Shown here: positions 10,577 to 19,352 of the stretch, one piece after another
Layout: each line of letters starts with the position of its first letter
How positions within the stretch are numbered: position 1 is the first letter of the stretch
IMG/VR virus record: IMGVR_UViG_3300031963_011573
Location: 42,061 to 106,060 of that record
Origin: a virus
Length of the DNA: 64,000 nucleotides
Direction: 5' to 3' (one strand)
Program-made: the position numbers and the translations under genes
Notes under the pieces: model-generated
Told to the model about the DNA's origin: nothing
Database searches by the model: none
Seen by the model: only the letters and a program-made list of their open reading frames with translations

Positions 10577-11149
10577 ATGTCAGATAACGTTTTAAAAAAA
10601 CAATTCCAAAAAAACGACGTAGAACGCCTACGTAACCTTATTAAAGGTAAACACGGTGACCGAACCACAGTAGGAATTGGTTATAACGGAGAAATAATAG
10701 AAGACCATAAAGAAGGTGATATTTGGGAACAAGGAGGTAAAACTTGGACTATTCGAGATGGAATTAAAGAAAATATCACTAAACTAGATAAATTTAAAAA
10801 AGTAGCAGTTCCTTTATTTTGCCCTGATTGCAAACAAATTATGGATAAACAATTAGATCCACATTATTTTAAATCATATGGTCATTGTCTAGATTGTAGA
10901 ACAAAATTTGAAACTCAACTTAAACTAGAAGGCAAATGGGAGGAATACACTAATTCTACATTCAATGCCGAAATAGATAAACAAATAGAAGAATATAAAG
11001 GTTATTTTGAATCACTCCTTTCAGAAGGAAACCAAGACTATGTTTCCGAAAATGGTGAAATTCAAAAATGGGTTGGTGGAATAGATAAAGAGCGTGCTCA
11101 AAACGCTTTAGATGAGATGGTTAAACACTTAAATTCTTTAAAAAAATAA
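10577..11149 (+). CDS. Hypothetical protein with Zn finger
   Basis: CPDC...CLDC. Confidence 0.55.
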   Translation: MSDNVLKKQFQKNDVERLRNLIKGKHGDRTTVGIGYNGEIIEDHKEGDIWEQGGKTWTIRDGIKENITKLDKFKKVAVPLFCPDCKQIMDKQLDPHYFKSYGHCLDCRTKFETQLKLEGKWEEYTNSTFNAEIDKQIEEYKGYFESLLSEGNQDYVSENGEIQKWVGGIDKERAQNALDEMVKHLNSLKK

Positions 11150-11772
11150 TGGAAACTTTTACAATGATAACAACTGTCTTAGTAGCACTAATTACAGCTG
11201 TTGTAGGACCTATAATTGTTAATTGGTTTAAAATTAAAATGGAAAAAAAAGATACCTCTACTCCAATGAGAGATGCTCTTGAAACCTCTACTTTAATTGA
11301 CACCCAATTAGAACAAATAATGGATGAATTAGAAAGTGATCGTATTTGGATAGCCCAATTCCATAATGGAGGCTATTTTTACCCTACAGGCAGATCAATC
11401 CAAAAATTCTCCATATTTTATGAAAAATGTACCCCAGAAACACCTACCATCCAGAATACATTCCAAAACATTCCTGTATCTTTATTTCCTAGAGTATTAT
11501 CCAAAATATACAAAGATAATGAATTATCAATTGAGGATGTAGATATAGAAGAAGATACATATGGTTTAGAATATATAACAACACAATTTGGTACTAAATC
11601 AATTTGTATGGTTGGTTTACATAGTTTAGATAATCATTTAATAGGTGTATTAGCTATTTCCTTTCAAAACCCACACCATATTACAAAAGATGAATGGATT
11701 TATATAAGACAAAAAGTAGGAGTTGTAGGAACACTACTTTCCGAATATTTATACACGACAACAAAAAAATAA
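11149..11772 (+). CDS. Single-TM protein with GAF-like domain; holin candidate (T4 gpT-like architecture)
   Basis: Hydrophobic N-terminus ITTVLVALITAVVGPIIVNWF, then ESDRIWIAQFHNG...KSICMVGL...LIGVLAISF. Confidence 0.5.
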   Translation: METFTMITTVLVALITAVVGPIIVNWFKIKMEKKDTSTPMRDALETSTLIDTQLEQIMDELESDRIWIAQFHNGGYFYPTGRSIQKFSIFYEKCTPETPTIQNTFQNIPVSLFPRVLSKIYKDNELSIEDVDIEEDTYGLEYITTQFGTKSICMVGLHSLDNHLIGVLAISFQNPHHITKDEWIYIRQKVGVVGTLLSEYLYTTTKK

Positions 11773-11774
11773 AA

Positions 11775-12314
11775 ATGGACAATTTTGACTTAAAAAAATT
11801 CTTAAAAGAAAGTAAAGCTCTAGAGAATTTAAACCCTATACTAAAAAAAGAAAACCTTAGTGAAGGTAACATGCGTGGTAAAATCCGCGAAATGATTTTA
11901 GCTGAATTGGGAAACCCAGATGACTATGATTATGATCCAAATGATGATTACGGGGATGATGAATCTAGTTATTTTCCTCATATGCAAGGTTTAGAAGATG
12001 AACCTGAAAGTGAATTAGAGGAAGCTAAAAAGAAAAAAGACGAAGAAGTAGAAGATGTTGAAACAACTGATACTGAAACAACTGATACAACTGAAGAAAT
12101 GCCTGCTGAGGAAGCGCCTGCTGAAGATGCACCTGCTGATGGAGGTGGTTTAGAAGATGTAGCTGCAAACATGGAAGGTACTGAAGGTGAATTAATGGAC
12201 CATTTAATGAGTGCATTTAAAATTGCTAAAGGTATGAACAATGAAAAACTTGAAACACAAGTTGGAAACACACTTAAATTTTTCGTTAGCGAATATATTG
12301 GTGGAGGAGAATAG
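11775..12314 (+). CDS. Acidic hypothetical protein, putative internal head protein
   Basis: Start better placed at ATG 11775 (after the upstream stop and ATATTTATA at 11745); MDNFDLKKFLKE leader shared with 19353. Confidence 0.65.
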   Translation: MDNFDLKKFLKESKALENLNPILKKENLSEGNMRGKIREMILAELGNPDDYDYDPNDDYGDDESSYFPHMQGLEDEPESELEEAKKKKDEEVEDVETTDTETTDTTEEMPAEEAPAEDAPADGGGLEDVAANMEGTEGELMDHLMSAFKIAKGMNNEKLETQVGNTLKFFVSEYIGGGE

Positions 12315-12345
12315 TAATTAATTAAATCTATATAAAATAAAATCT

Positions 12346-12519
12346 ATGAACACAACAGAAATTTTAGAAGCAATCAAAGTTGCTGTAGCTGATTTAGAGG
12401 CAAACCATGCTAAATCTTCAAAAGCAGCTCGTGGTAGAGCACGTAGTGCAGCTAACACAATTAAAAAACTAGCAGCTGAATTTAAAAAGACTTCAACTGC
12501 AGAAGACAAAGAAGCATAA
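12346..12519 (+). CDS. Histone H1-like (Hc1-type) small DNA-binding protein, 57 aa
   Basis: Below the ORF-track cutoff. MNTTEILEAIKVAVADLEANHAKSSKAARGRARSAANTIKKLAAEFKKTSTAEDKEA; KAAxxRAR...EFKK.S pattern; A-rich leader. Confidence 0.7.
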   Translation: MNTTEILEAIKVAVADLEANHAKSSKAARGRARSAANTIKKLAAEFKKTSTAEDKEA

Positions 12520-12520
12520 A

Positions 12521-13402
12521 ATGCAAAAAAAAAGAACCGAAAATTCAATTGAAAAATCCAACGGAACTTCCGTTGGATCTTTTGGTTCTTTAACTGAAGG
12601 ATTTATCCCAACACCTGAACAATCAAAGGAAATAGTAGATAAATTCAAATCCATTATCAACACTCGTTTAGATAAACTATATGATACTAGAGGAGCAGAT
12701 GGAGAATTATACGCTTATGGCATTGCTGTTAATCAAGTAAAGAAAAAAGCAGAATCGGGTGCTGAAACACCTGAAGAAACACCAACAGAAGAACCAATGG
12801 ATAAAGAAACTAAATTAAAAGAAATGATTCAAGCGGCTTTATCTAAGCCTTTAAATGAAAAGAAAAAATCTTTCCCTGATTTGACAGGTGATGGTAAAGT
12901 AACTCAAGCTGATATTTTAAAAGCACGAGGGGTTGAATTAGAGGAAGACCTTGATTTAGGTCACCAAGATGATGAACCACACATGCTTAAATCTGATTTA
13001 TATGATATTGGGAAATATGCTATAGAACTTTATAAAATAGTTGATCAATTTGAAGGTGAACAAGAAGTTGATTTCCCACACTGGTGGCAAGCAAAAATTG
13101 TTAAAGCCAAAGAACTTATATCTTCAGCAAAACATTATCTTGAATTTGAGATAAAAGAACCTCAAATCGATGCTATGGTAGATGTAGTTTCTGAAGAAGA
13201 TGTAATTGATGAAAAATTAAAACCTTCTATGGGTGCAGGAGCATATGTTAAAGATTTTGAAAAATCTGAAGCACCTCAATTTAAAGGTAAATCTGAAAAG
13301 AAAAAACAAAAAATGGCGGTAGCTGCTTATCTGTCTGCTAAAGATAAAACTAAGAAAAAAATAAAAGAAGCTATTTTAGCTAAATTTAAAAATAAACAAT
13401 GA
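12521..13402 (+). CDS. Modular hypothetical protein, putative internal head polyprotein
   Basis: Modules separated by LTE/LNE/LEE/IDE; EF-hand-like DLTGDGKVTQAD; KSEAPQFKGKS module. Confidence 0.55.
   Translation: MQKKRTENSIEKSNGTSVGSFGSLTEGFIPTPEQSKEIVDKFKSIINTRLDKLYDTRGADGELYAYGIAVNQVKKKAESGAETPEETPTEEPMDKETKLKEMIQAALSKPLNEKKKSFPDLTGDGKVTQADILKARGVELEEDLDLGHQDDEPHMLKSDLYDIGKYAIELYKIVDQFEGEQEVDFPHWWQAKIVKAKELISSAKHYLEFEIKEPQIDAMVDVVSEEDVIDEKLKPSMGAGAYVKDFEKSEAPQFKGKSEKKKQKMAVAAYLSAKDKTKKKIKEAILAKFKNKQ
12531..12591 (+). terminator. Nested stem-loop after the histone-like gene (terminator/attenuator candidate)
   Basis: ATCCAACGGAA-C-TTCCGTTGGAT perfect inverted repeat inside an outer AAAGAACCGAAA/TTTTGGTTCTTT stem. 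Confidence 0.5.
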
Positions 13403-13863
13403 CCCGCAACCAACTAAAAGATAGAATTAGAAACCTAGTAAAACAATCATATTCCCAACAAACTATTACCCCAGAGGAAGCTGTTCAATATGATGAGTTA
13501 ACTAAATTTCCTGAACTGAAAAAAGTTATAGTTGATTTATTGACAAACGAATATGATAATTTTTTGGAATCTATTGATTGGGTTGCTCCACGTCCTACTA
13601 CATTTAGAATTAACTTAAAAAACGGACAAGAATTTTATCTAATTTATGGTAAACGCAGTTGGATTGCCCAAATAGAAGGCAAAAAATATTATCTAAAAAA
13701 CCTCCCAGAAGAACAACGTGCGGCAGAATCTATAGCTCAAATTTTGAGATATGGAACCCCTGAGAAAAAATCTGAAGAAGAATTTGAACCAGAAGCTGGA
13801 GCAGAAACTCCACCTGCTGAAGAAACACCACCAGCTGAAGAAACACCACCAACAGAAGCATAA
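13399..13863 (+). CDS. Hypothetical protein with ETPPAE C-terminal repeat
   Basis: ORF coupled to neighbours; 18-nt repeat x3 near 13804-13857. Confidence 0.6.
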   Translation: MTRNQLKDRIRNLVKQSYSQQTITPEEAVQYDELTKFPELKKVIVDLLTNEYDNFLESIDWVAPRPTTFRINLKNGQEFYLIYGKRSWIAQIEGKKYYLKNLPEEQRAAESIAQILRYGTPEKKSEEEFEPEAGAETPPAEETPPAEETPPTEA

Positions 13864-14750
13864 TGGATATTTTAGAAAAATTTTTAAATAGTATAGCTTA
13901 CAAGTTTCCTAAAGGATATCCTGATATGAAGGATCCTAACGATGTTGAATTGCTTCATAAGTTATTAAATGAAGTAATTGATTTAGAAGAATTAAAAACC
14001 AAACCTCATTGGGATGAACGAATTAAGGAAAGAGGTACTATATTAGATATAATTAGTTTTCCTAAAGATTATCCTTTATCTAAACAAGAAGTTATTAAAC
14101 AAATTGAAGATGAACTTAATAGGAGAGCTATCAATTTAGAAAAACTTAAAGAAGTTCCATTATCTCTTCCATATAAAATAGGATACAAATTATTCAAACC
14201 ACTACTTAATTATAACGGGAAAAATATATCTCTTGATTTAAAAGTTGAATATACTGTTAAAGGTATTAAAAAAATAGGAATAGGGAACTCATTTGTGGCT
14301 GTAATAAATAATGATACATTAATTACTTTACTATTATTACCAAGTGATGATAATCCTACTATAGAATTATCTTTAGAAAAGCACGAAGAAAGAGAATATG
14401 GAAAACCTAAACCAATAAAAATAATTTCTTCAAGTAATTATGAATTTATCATTACTCCTAAACCAGAAAGCTCTCAATTAATTAAAATTACAGATCTACC
14501 ATATAAAGTAAAAACTTCATATCGTCCTGGAACAACTTTTACTCATGACAAATATGGAACTGGAACTATTATAGCAGCAGCCTCCGCTGGGACTAGATCA
14601 GGTGAGCCTGATAGTAGAGGAATAGTCGATTGGGTTGAAGTAGATTTTGGTAAACCATATGTTTTAGGCGGGCAATTTAAAAAAACAAGAACTATAAAAG
14701 ACGTATATACTTCAATTTCTCCTGACTTAGACTCCCCAGCAGCTGAATAA
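13863..14750 (+). CDS. Hypothetical protein with C-terminal Tudor/SH3-like domain
   Basis: PGTTFTHDKYGTGTII...VEVDF; N-terminal FPKGYPD...LLNE leader. Confidence 0.5.
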   Translation: MDILEKFLNSIAYKFPKGYPDMKDPNDVELLHKLLNEVIDLEELKTKPHWDERIKERGTILDIISFPKDYPLSKQEVIKQIEDELNRRAINLEKLKEVPLSLPYKIGYKLFKPLLNYNGKNISLDLKVEYTVKGIKKIGIGNSFVAVINNDTLITLLLLPSDDNPTIELSLEKHEEREYGKPKPIKIISSSNYEFIITPKPESSQLIKITDLPYKVKTSYRPGTTFTHDKYGTGTIIAAASAGTRSGEPDSRGIVDWVEVDFGKPYVLGGQFKKTRTIKDVYTSISPDLDSPAAE

Positions 14751-14753
14751 GTA

Positions 14754-14785
14754 TTTGGTTTTATAAAAAACTTTTCTTATATTTA
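14754..14785 (+). promoter_or_regulatory. Host-type promoter candidate
   Basis: TTTG at 14754, 20-nt spacer, TATATTTA at 14778. Confidence 0.55.
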
Positions 14786-14806
14786 AATCAAACTTCAAAA
14801 TAAATT

Positions 14807-15904
14807 ATGGAAGAAAACTCAAAAGTTATATCATCAGAAATTACTAATCGTGTAATTACAGTAGAAGATCTTTTAAATATATATAATGTATCTTTAGATA
14901 AATGGGAAATTGAAAAACAAATCCTCAACACATGGGAAGTTGGTGCGAAAGGACCAGATAATAAAATTGTTACTACTCCTTTATTTCAAGTAAAAGTTTG
15001 GTTAAAAAATAAACAAACTGAAATATTAAAAAATATTCGAGAAGAATTTATTGAAGATATTAAAAAATTATCTCCTAAAGTTGAAAAAATAAACTATAAA
15101 CAAAAAGTAGATAAATACCCATTATTATTAGAAATTAATATATTTGATTTACATTTAGGTAAAATAGCATGGTCTGAAGAAACTAACCATGATTATAATT
15201 TAGAAATAGCAAGTACTATATTTAACCAATGTATAAATGAATTTATTGAAGAAACATCTAATAAAAATATAGACCGTATAGTTTTCCCTGTAGGAAATGA
15301 TTTTTTTAACTCAGACAGATCTCATCCTTTTAATAGTACAACTAAAGGCACACCACAAGAAGAAGACGCTAGATGGCAAAAAACATTTAGGTTAGGACGT
15401 CAATTATTAGTAGAAGCTATAAATAAACTTCAATATATTGCCCCTGTAGATGTGATTATGATTCCTGGTAATCATGATTTTGAAAGGAATTTTTATTTAG
15501 GTGATTCATTAGAAAGTTGGTTTTACAACAATGAAAATGTAACTGTAGATAATTCTGCAAATCCTAGAAAATATTATAAATACGGTGAAGTATTAATTGG
15601 TTATACGCATGGTAATGAAGAGAAAATAACTGATTTACCTTTAATTATGGCTAATGAAAAACCAACAGATTGGGCATTATCAACTTATAGAGAATTCCAT
15701 TTAGGTCACTTACACCATAAAAAAGAAATTAAATTCAAATCCACAGAAGAATACCAAGGAGTAATCATTAGATATTTCAATTCATTATCAGGTTCCGACT
15801 CATGGCATCATAAAAAAGGATACGTTGGAGCTAAACGTTCTGCTGAAGCATTACTCTGGGATAAAACTAAAGGTTTAAAAAATAATATCTATTTTACTTT
15901 ATGA
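14807..15904 (+). CDS. Calcineurin-like metallophosphoesterase
   Basis: DLHLG, GNDFF, PGNHD, THG, GHLH motifs. Confidence 0.85.
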   Translation: MEENSKVISSEITNRVITVEDLLNIYNVSLDKWEIEKQILNTWEVGAKGPDNKIVTTPLFQVKVWLKNKQTEILKNIREEFIEDIKKLSPKVEKINYKQKVDKYPLLLEINIFDLHLGKIAWSEETNHDYNLEIASTIFNQCINEFIEETSNKNIDRIVFPVGNDFFNSDRSHPFNSTTKGTPQEEDARWQKTFRLGRQLLVEAINKLQYIAPVDVIMIPGNHDFERNFYLGDSLESWFYNNENVTVDNSANPRKYYKYGEVLIGYTHGNEEKITDLPLIMANEKPTDWALSTYREFHLGHLHHKKEIKFKSTEEYQGVIIRYFNSLSGSDSWHHKKGYVGAKRSAEALLWDKTKGLKNNIYFTL

Positions 15905-16413
15905 AACCAGCAGATTTAGTTACACCTGAATTAATTCAATATTGTATTCAATTTAACACAATAGTGGTTTTAGGTTACACTAAAACAGGTAAACTTCCAA
16001 TAGCTAAAAAAATTGCCCAAGAATTAGATCGTCCTTTATTTATTTCTGATGAGTATTTAGAATTAAAAGATCCATTAGATGCTTTTATGAGTGATGTTAC
16101 TTGGCATCAAAGAAGAGGAAATCAAATAGTAATTGAAGGTACTTTATGTTTTAGATTATTAAGAAAAGGTTTAGAATTATCTAATTTTAATACTGATTTA
16201 ATTATCAAAACTAAATGTAATGATGAAACAATAAAACATTTTTATAGAATAGATGGTGAGGAATCTAAAATTAAACGAGCTCTCTCATTTAATCAAGGTT
16301 TAAATAAAATATGGGATGAATATAGAGGAATATTACAAACTAAAACATATAATGAAATCCCTAAATTTATAGAATTAGAAACCACACTCCCTGAATATTC
16401 GTATTTCTCATAA
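15901..16413 (+). CDS. P-loop kinase-like protein (degenerate Walker A)
   Basis: VVLGYTKTGKL..AKKIA...ISDEY...VIEG. Confidence 0.5.
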   Translation: MKPADLVTPELIQYCIQFNTIVVLGYTKTGKLPIAKKIAQELDRPLFISDEYLELKDPLDAFMSDVTWHQRRGNQIVIEGTLCFRLLRKGLELSNFNTDLIIKTKCNDETIKHFYRIDGEESKIKRALSFNQGLNKIWDEYRGILQTKTYNEIPKFIELETTLPEYSYFS

Positions 16414-16429
16414 TATTTATTAACATATT

Positions 16430-16888
16430 ATGATTAAATTAATTAATTTACTCAAAGAAATTACTGGGTTCTCAAATTGGAAAATACCTTCCTCGTCTCA
16501 ACTTAAACAAGAGTTTAAGATAGAACAAGAAATGAAGGGTAATGAATTTTGGGAAGATGAAGAAGCTTTTTTAAATGCTGTTAAAAACGGTAAAATTGTA
16601 ACTGTTACTCCTTCTGAAGATCAAGATATAGATTATAGAAGCGGAACCGAATCATATGAAGAACTTTTAGGTCTTATTAAATCATATCGATCATATCCTG
16701 AATTTAGAAATGAAAAAACATTGCAATCTATTTATGATGGATTTAAAAATAATTCTCCTATGGATTTACCGATAATTATAGAAGACGATAACGGGTATAG
16801 AAGAATTTTTTCTGGGAATACAAGAATGGATATAGCTTTTCAATTAGGTATAAACCCGAAAGTATTACTCATTAAAGGAGATTTATGA
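16430..16888 (+). CDS. ParB/Srx-like domain protein with LxxLLKE leader
   Basis: PIIIEDDNGYRRIFSGNTRMDIAFQLG; MIKLINLLKE; late motif at 16413. Confidence 0.55.
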   Translation: MIKLINLLKEITGFSNWKIPSSSQLKQEFKIEQEMKGNEFWEDEEAFLNAVKNGKIVTVTPSEDQDIDYRSGTESYEELLGLIKSYRSYPEFRNEKTLQSIYDGFKNNSPMDLPIIIEDDNGYRRIFSGNTRMDIAFQLGINPKVLLIKGDL

Positions 16889-17454
16889 TTAGATTAGTAG
16901 ATTTATTAAAAGAAATAAACGAGGCCAAACAAGTAGGAGACATCTATCATTTTACTGATACTGATACTATAACCTCTATGATCAAAGATTATGGAGGCAT
17001 AACCTTAGACCCTTCATTCTCTAGCTTTGCAGCAGATAAGTACTATTCCTTTACCAGAAACCCCAACTTAGGCACTCTTTCAGAAGAAAAACACCACGTT
17101 AGAATAAAACTTAATGGAGATAAAATGTCCAATAAATATAAATTTGAGCCATATGCTGATTTAGAAAGTGGTGAAGATTTATACTCTAAAAACGCTCCTA
17201 ATTATGAATCTGAAGAACGAATTAATTCTAAAAAATATGGAGAAATAAATTTAACTCCATATATTGAAGAAATAACTATCATTAGTCCTGATAGTTTTAA
17301 AGAATATCTTGAAAGTTATCATTCTGGTACTAAATATTATGATGAAATATTAAATGATTATAATTTTGTTTTAGATTGGATTAAATCTAAAAATATACCT
17401 CTTAAATTCTCCCAAGCTAGATCCACATCCTCCATTAGGAGAGCAGCTGAATAA
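16885..17454 (+). CDS. ADP-ribosyltransferase-like protein with LxxLLKE leader
   Basis: YHFT...YSFTR...ESEER order matches the ART core; MIRLVDLLKEINE. Confidence 0.45.
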   Translation: MIRLVDLLKEINEAKQVGDIYHFTDTDTITSMIKDYGGITLDPSFSSFAADKYYSFTRNPNLGTLSEEKHHVRIKLNGDKMSNKYKFEPYADLESGEDLYSKNAPNYESEERINSKKYGEINLTPYIEEITIISPDSFKEYLESYHSGTKYYDEILNDYNFVLDWIKSKNIPLKFSQARSTSSIRRAAE

Positions 17455-17465
17455 TATTTATTAAT

Positions 17466-18575
17466 ATGGAACGTTTACGACAACTTATAAAAGAAGTACT
17501 TTCAACTCCACCTAAAAAAGATAGCTGTAATTGTGGTTGTCATGATTGTGATAATGTAGGTAATACTGGTGTAGTATTAAATGAAAGTTTAGTTAAAAAA
17601 GATATATTGTCGGAAAATCTGCGTTATCACGTGGATAATAAACTACCACTAACTGAAAACACATTCCGTTATGGTTCTCAAGCATTCCTTGATTTATGGT
17701 CGGAAGCTCGTTATTTATATTTACGTGAAATAATTCATGTAAATGATGATGATAAAGAAATTTTACTTGAAACTAATTTAGGTGAATATGGAATGTATGA
17801 AGGTAACAAAGTACCTTTAGATTTACCTATGTTAGAGGAAAACCAATACCAACCTATCTTAGAAGATATTAAGATGTATGGTAAAATATACGAGGCTGTA
17901 AATATAGAAAATTCCTACAAACTAGATGATATTAAATCAAACGAAGTAGGAAATGAATTTATTTTTACAGATAAACATGGTATTAAACGTAAATTGATGT
18001 TTTTAAGAGGAAATAGCGTTAAATTGTTATGGTTTAACCCCACCACTCAAGAATGGACAACAGACGATATTCCTAGTAAATATGAAGATGAAAAAGTAAT
18101 GAATACTTTTGGTATGTTATTAGTTAAAGTAATATTACCAAAATATGGTTCATTTAATTTTCAAGCTTTAAATGCCGCTCGTTACCGTTTATTTAGAGCA
18201 TTAATCTATAATAATTTAGACACTTCAAAATATGAAATGGATTATGACGATGAAAACAAATCAATTGAAGTTCATCAAATAGATACATTAACAGAAGAAG
18301 ATAAAAAGAAAACTCCACCAATTGGAAAACCAAAACGTGGTGGATCTAAAAAATTCTACGTTTATGTTAGAAATAAAGGTAAAGTTAAAAAAGTATCTTT
18401 TGGACAAGTAGGAATGTCTGCTAAAATAAATGACCCTAAAGCACGCAGAGCATTTGCTGCACGTCACGATTGTAAAAATAAAACAGATAGAACTAAACCT
18501 TCATATTGGAGTTGTAGGCTTCCAAGGTACGCATCTTTATTAGGTCTAAAAAGTTCTTTTAGCGGTTTCTGGTAA
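17466..18575 (+). CDS. Modular hypothetical protein, putative internal head polyprotein
   Basis: MERLRQLIKE leader; CNCGCHDC; C-terminal basic KKFYVYV...VSFG...ARHDC...YWSC module. Confidence 0.6.
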   Translation: MERLRQLIKEVLSTPPKKDSCNCGCHDCDNVGNTGVVLNESLVKKDILSENLRYHVDNKLPLTENTFRYGSQAFLDLWSEARYLYLREIIHVNDDDKEILLETNLGEYGMYEGNKVPLDLPMLEENQYQPILEDIKMYGKIYEAVNIENSYKLDDIKSNEVGNEFIFTDKHGIKRKLMFLRGNSVKLLWFNPTTQEWTTDDIPSKYEDEKVMNTFGMLLVKVILPKYGSFNFQALNAARYRLFRALIYNNLDTSKYEMDYDDENKSIEVHQIDTLTEEDKKKTPPIGKPKRGGSKKFYVYVRNKGKVKKVSFGQVGMSAKINDPKARRAFAARHDCKNKTDRTKPSYWSCRLPRYASLLGLKSSFSGFW

Positions 18576-18590
18576 TAAAAAATTAAATTT

Positions 18591-18749
18591 ATGAAAAAAT
18601 CTGAATTAAAACAACTTATCAAAGAAGAAATTATCCAACAAAAACTTTTAGAGGAAAAAAATAAAAAAGCCTCTAAAATTAACCAGAATCTTTCAAATTT
18701 GATAGAAAAAATGAAAAAAGACTTCAATATAGAAGATGAGCGATTTTGA
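18591..18749 (+). CDS. Small protein MKKSELKQLIKEE..., 52 aa
   Basis: Not in the ORF track; ATG 18591 to TGA 18749; leader similar to 20046 and 23668. Confidence 0.6.
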   Translation: MKKSELKQLIKEEIIQQKLLEEKNKKASKINQNLSNLIEKMKKDFNIEDERF

Positions 18750-19350
18750 TAAAATAAAACCTTTACAAAATAAAATAGATACTCTTTTACTAGATATAAA
18801 AGATGTAAAACCTAATCTATATGAAGACTATTCAAACATAGTTGATTATTCTATAAATGGTTTTATTGATTTGGGAGCTGAATATATTAAAAACAACCCA
18901 CAAGAATTTGAAATTTTTCTAAAAAAATTAAATGACATTATTAAAATATTAATATTTATTAAAACTAAAGAAAACATTCAAGAGGAAAAAGAAAAACGCG
19001 ATAGGTGTTTACGTATTGCAGATCGCAAATACGATAAACCATCCGCTTACAAATCTGGTGCTGTTGTTAAGTGTCGTAAAGGTATGATTTGGAAAGGTTT
19101 AAAAGAAGAAGTAATTCTTGAAAAAGTAAAAGAAACCCTCCGCACTTGGTTTTCCCGTAAAGGAACACCTGGTAAAAAAGGTGGATGGGTTGATTGTAAT
19201 GCACCTATTAAAAAAGATGGCAAAATAACAGGATATAAATCATGCGGTAGAGAAGAAGGAGAAAAACGCTCAAAATACCCTTCATGTCGTCCTACACCTT
19301 CACAATGTAAAACACCTGGTAAAGGTACTAAATGGGGTAAAACAAAATAG
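18736..19350 (+). CDS. Hypothetical protein with Cys/Lys-rich C-terminal modules
   Basis: DRC...PSAYKSGAVVKCRK and LRTWF...GGWVDC...CGR...YPSCRP modules after IQEE and ILE. Confidence 0.6.
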   Translation: MSDFDKIKPLQNKIDTLLLDIKDVKPNLYEDYSNIVDYSINGFIDLGAEYIKNNPQEFEIFLKKLNDIIKILIFIKTKENIQEEKEKRDRCLRIADRKYDKPSAYKSGAVVKCRKGMIWKGLKEEVILEKVKETLRTWFSRKGTPGKKGGWVDCNAPIKKDGKITGYKSCGREEGEKRSKYPSCRPTPSQCKTPGKGTKWGKTK

Positions 19351-19352
19351 AT

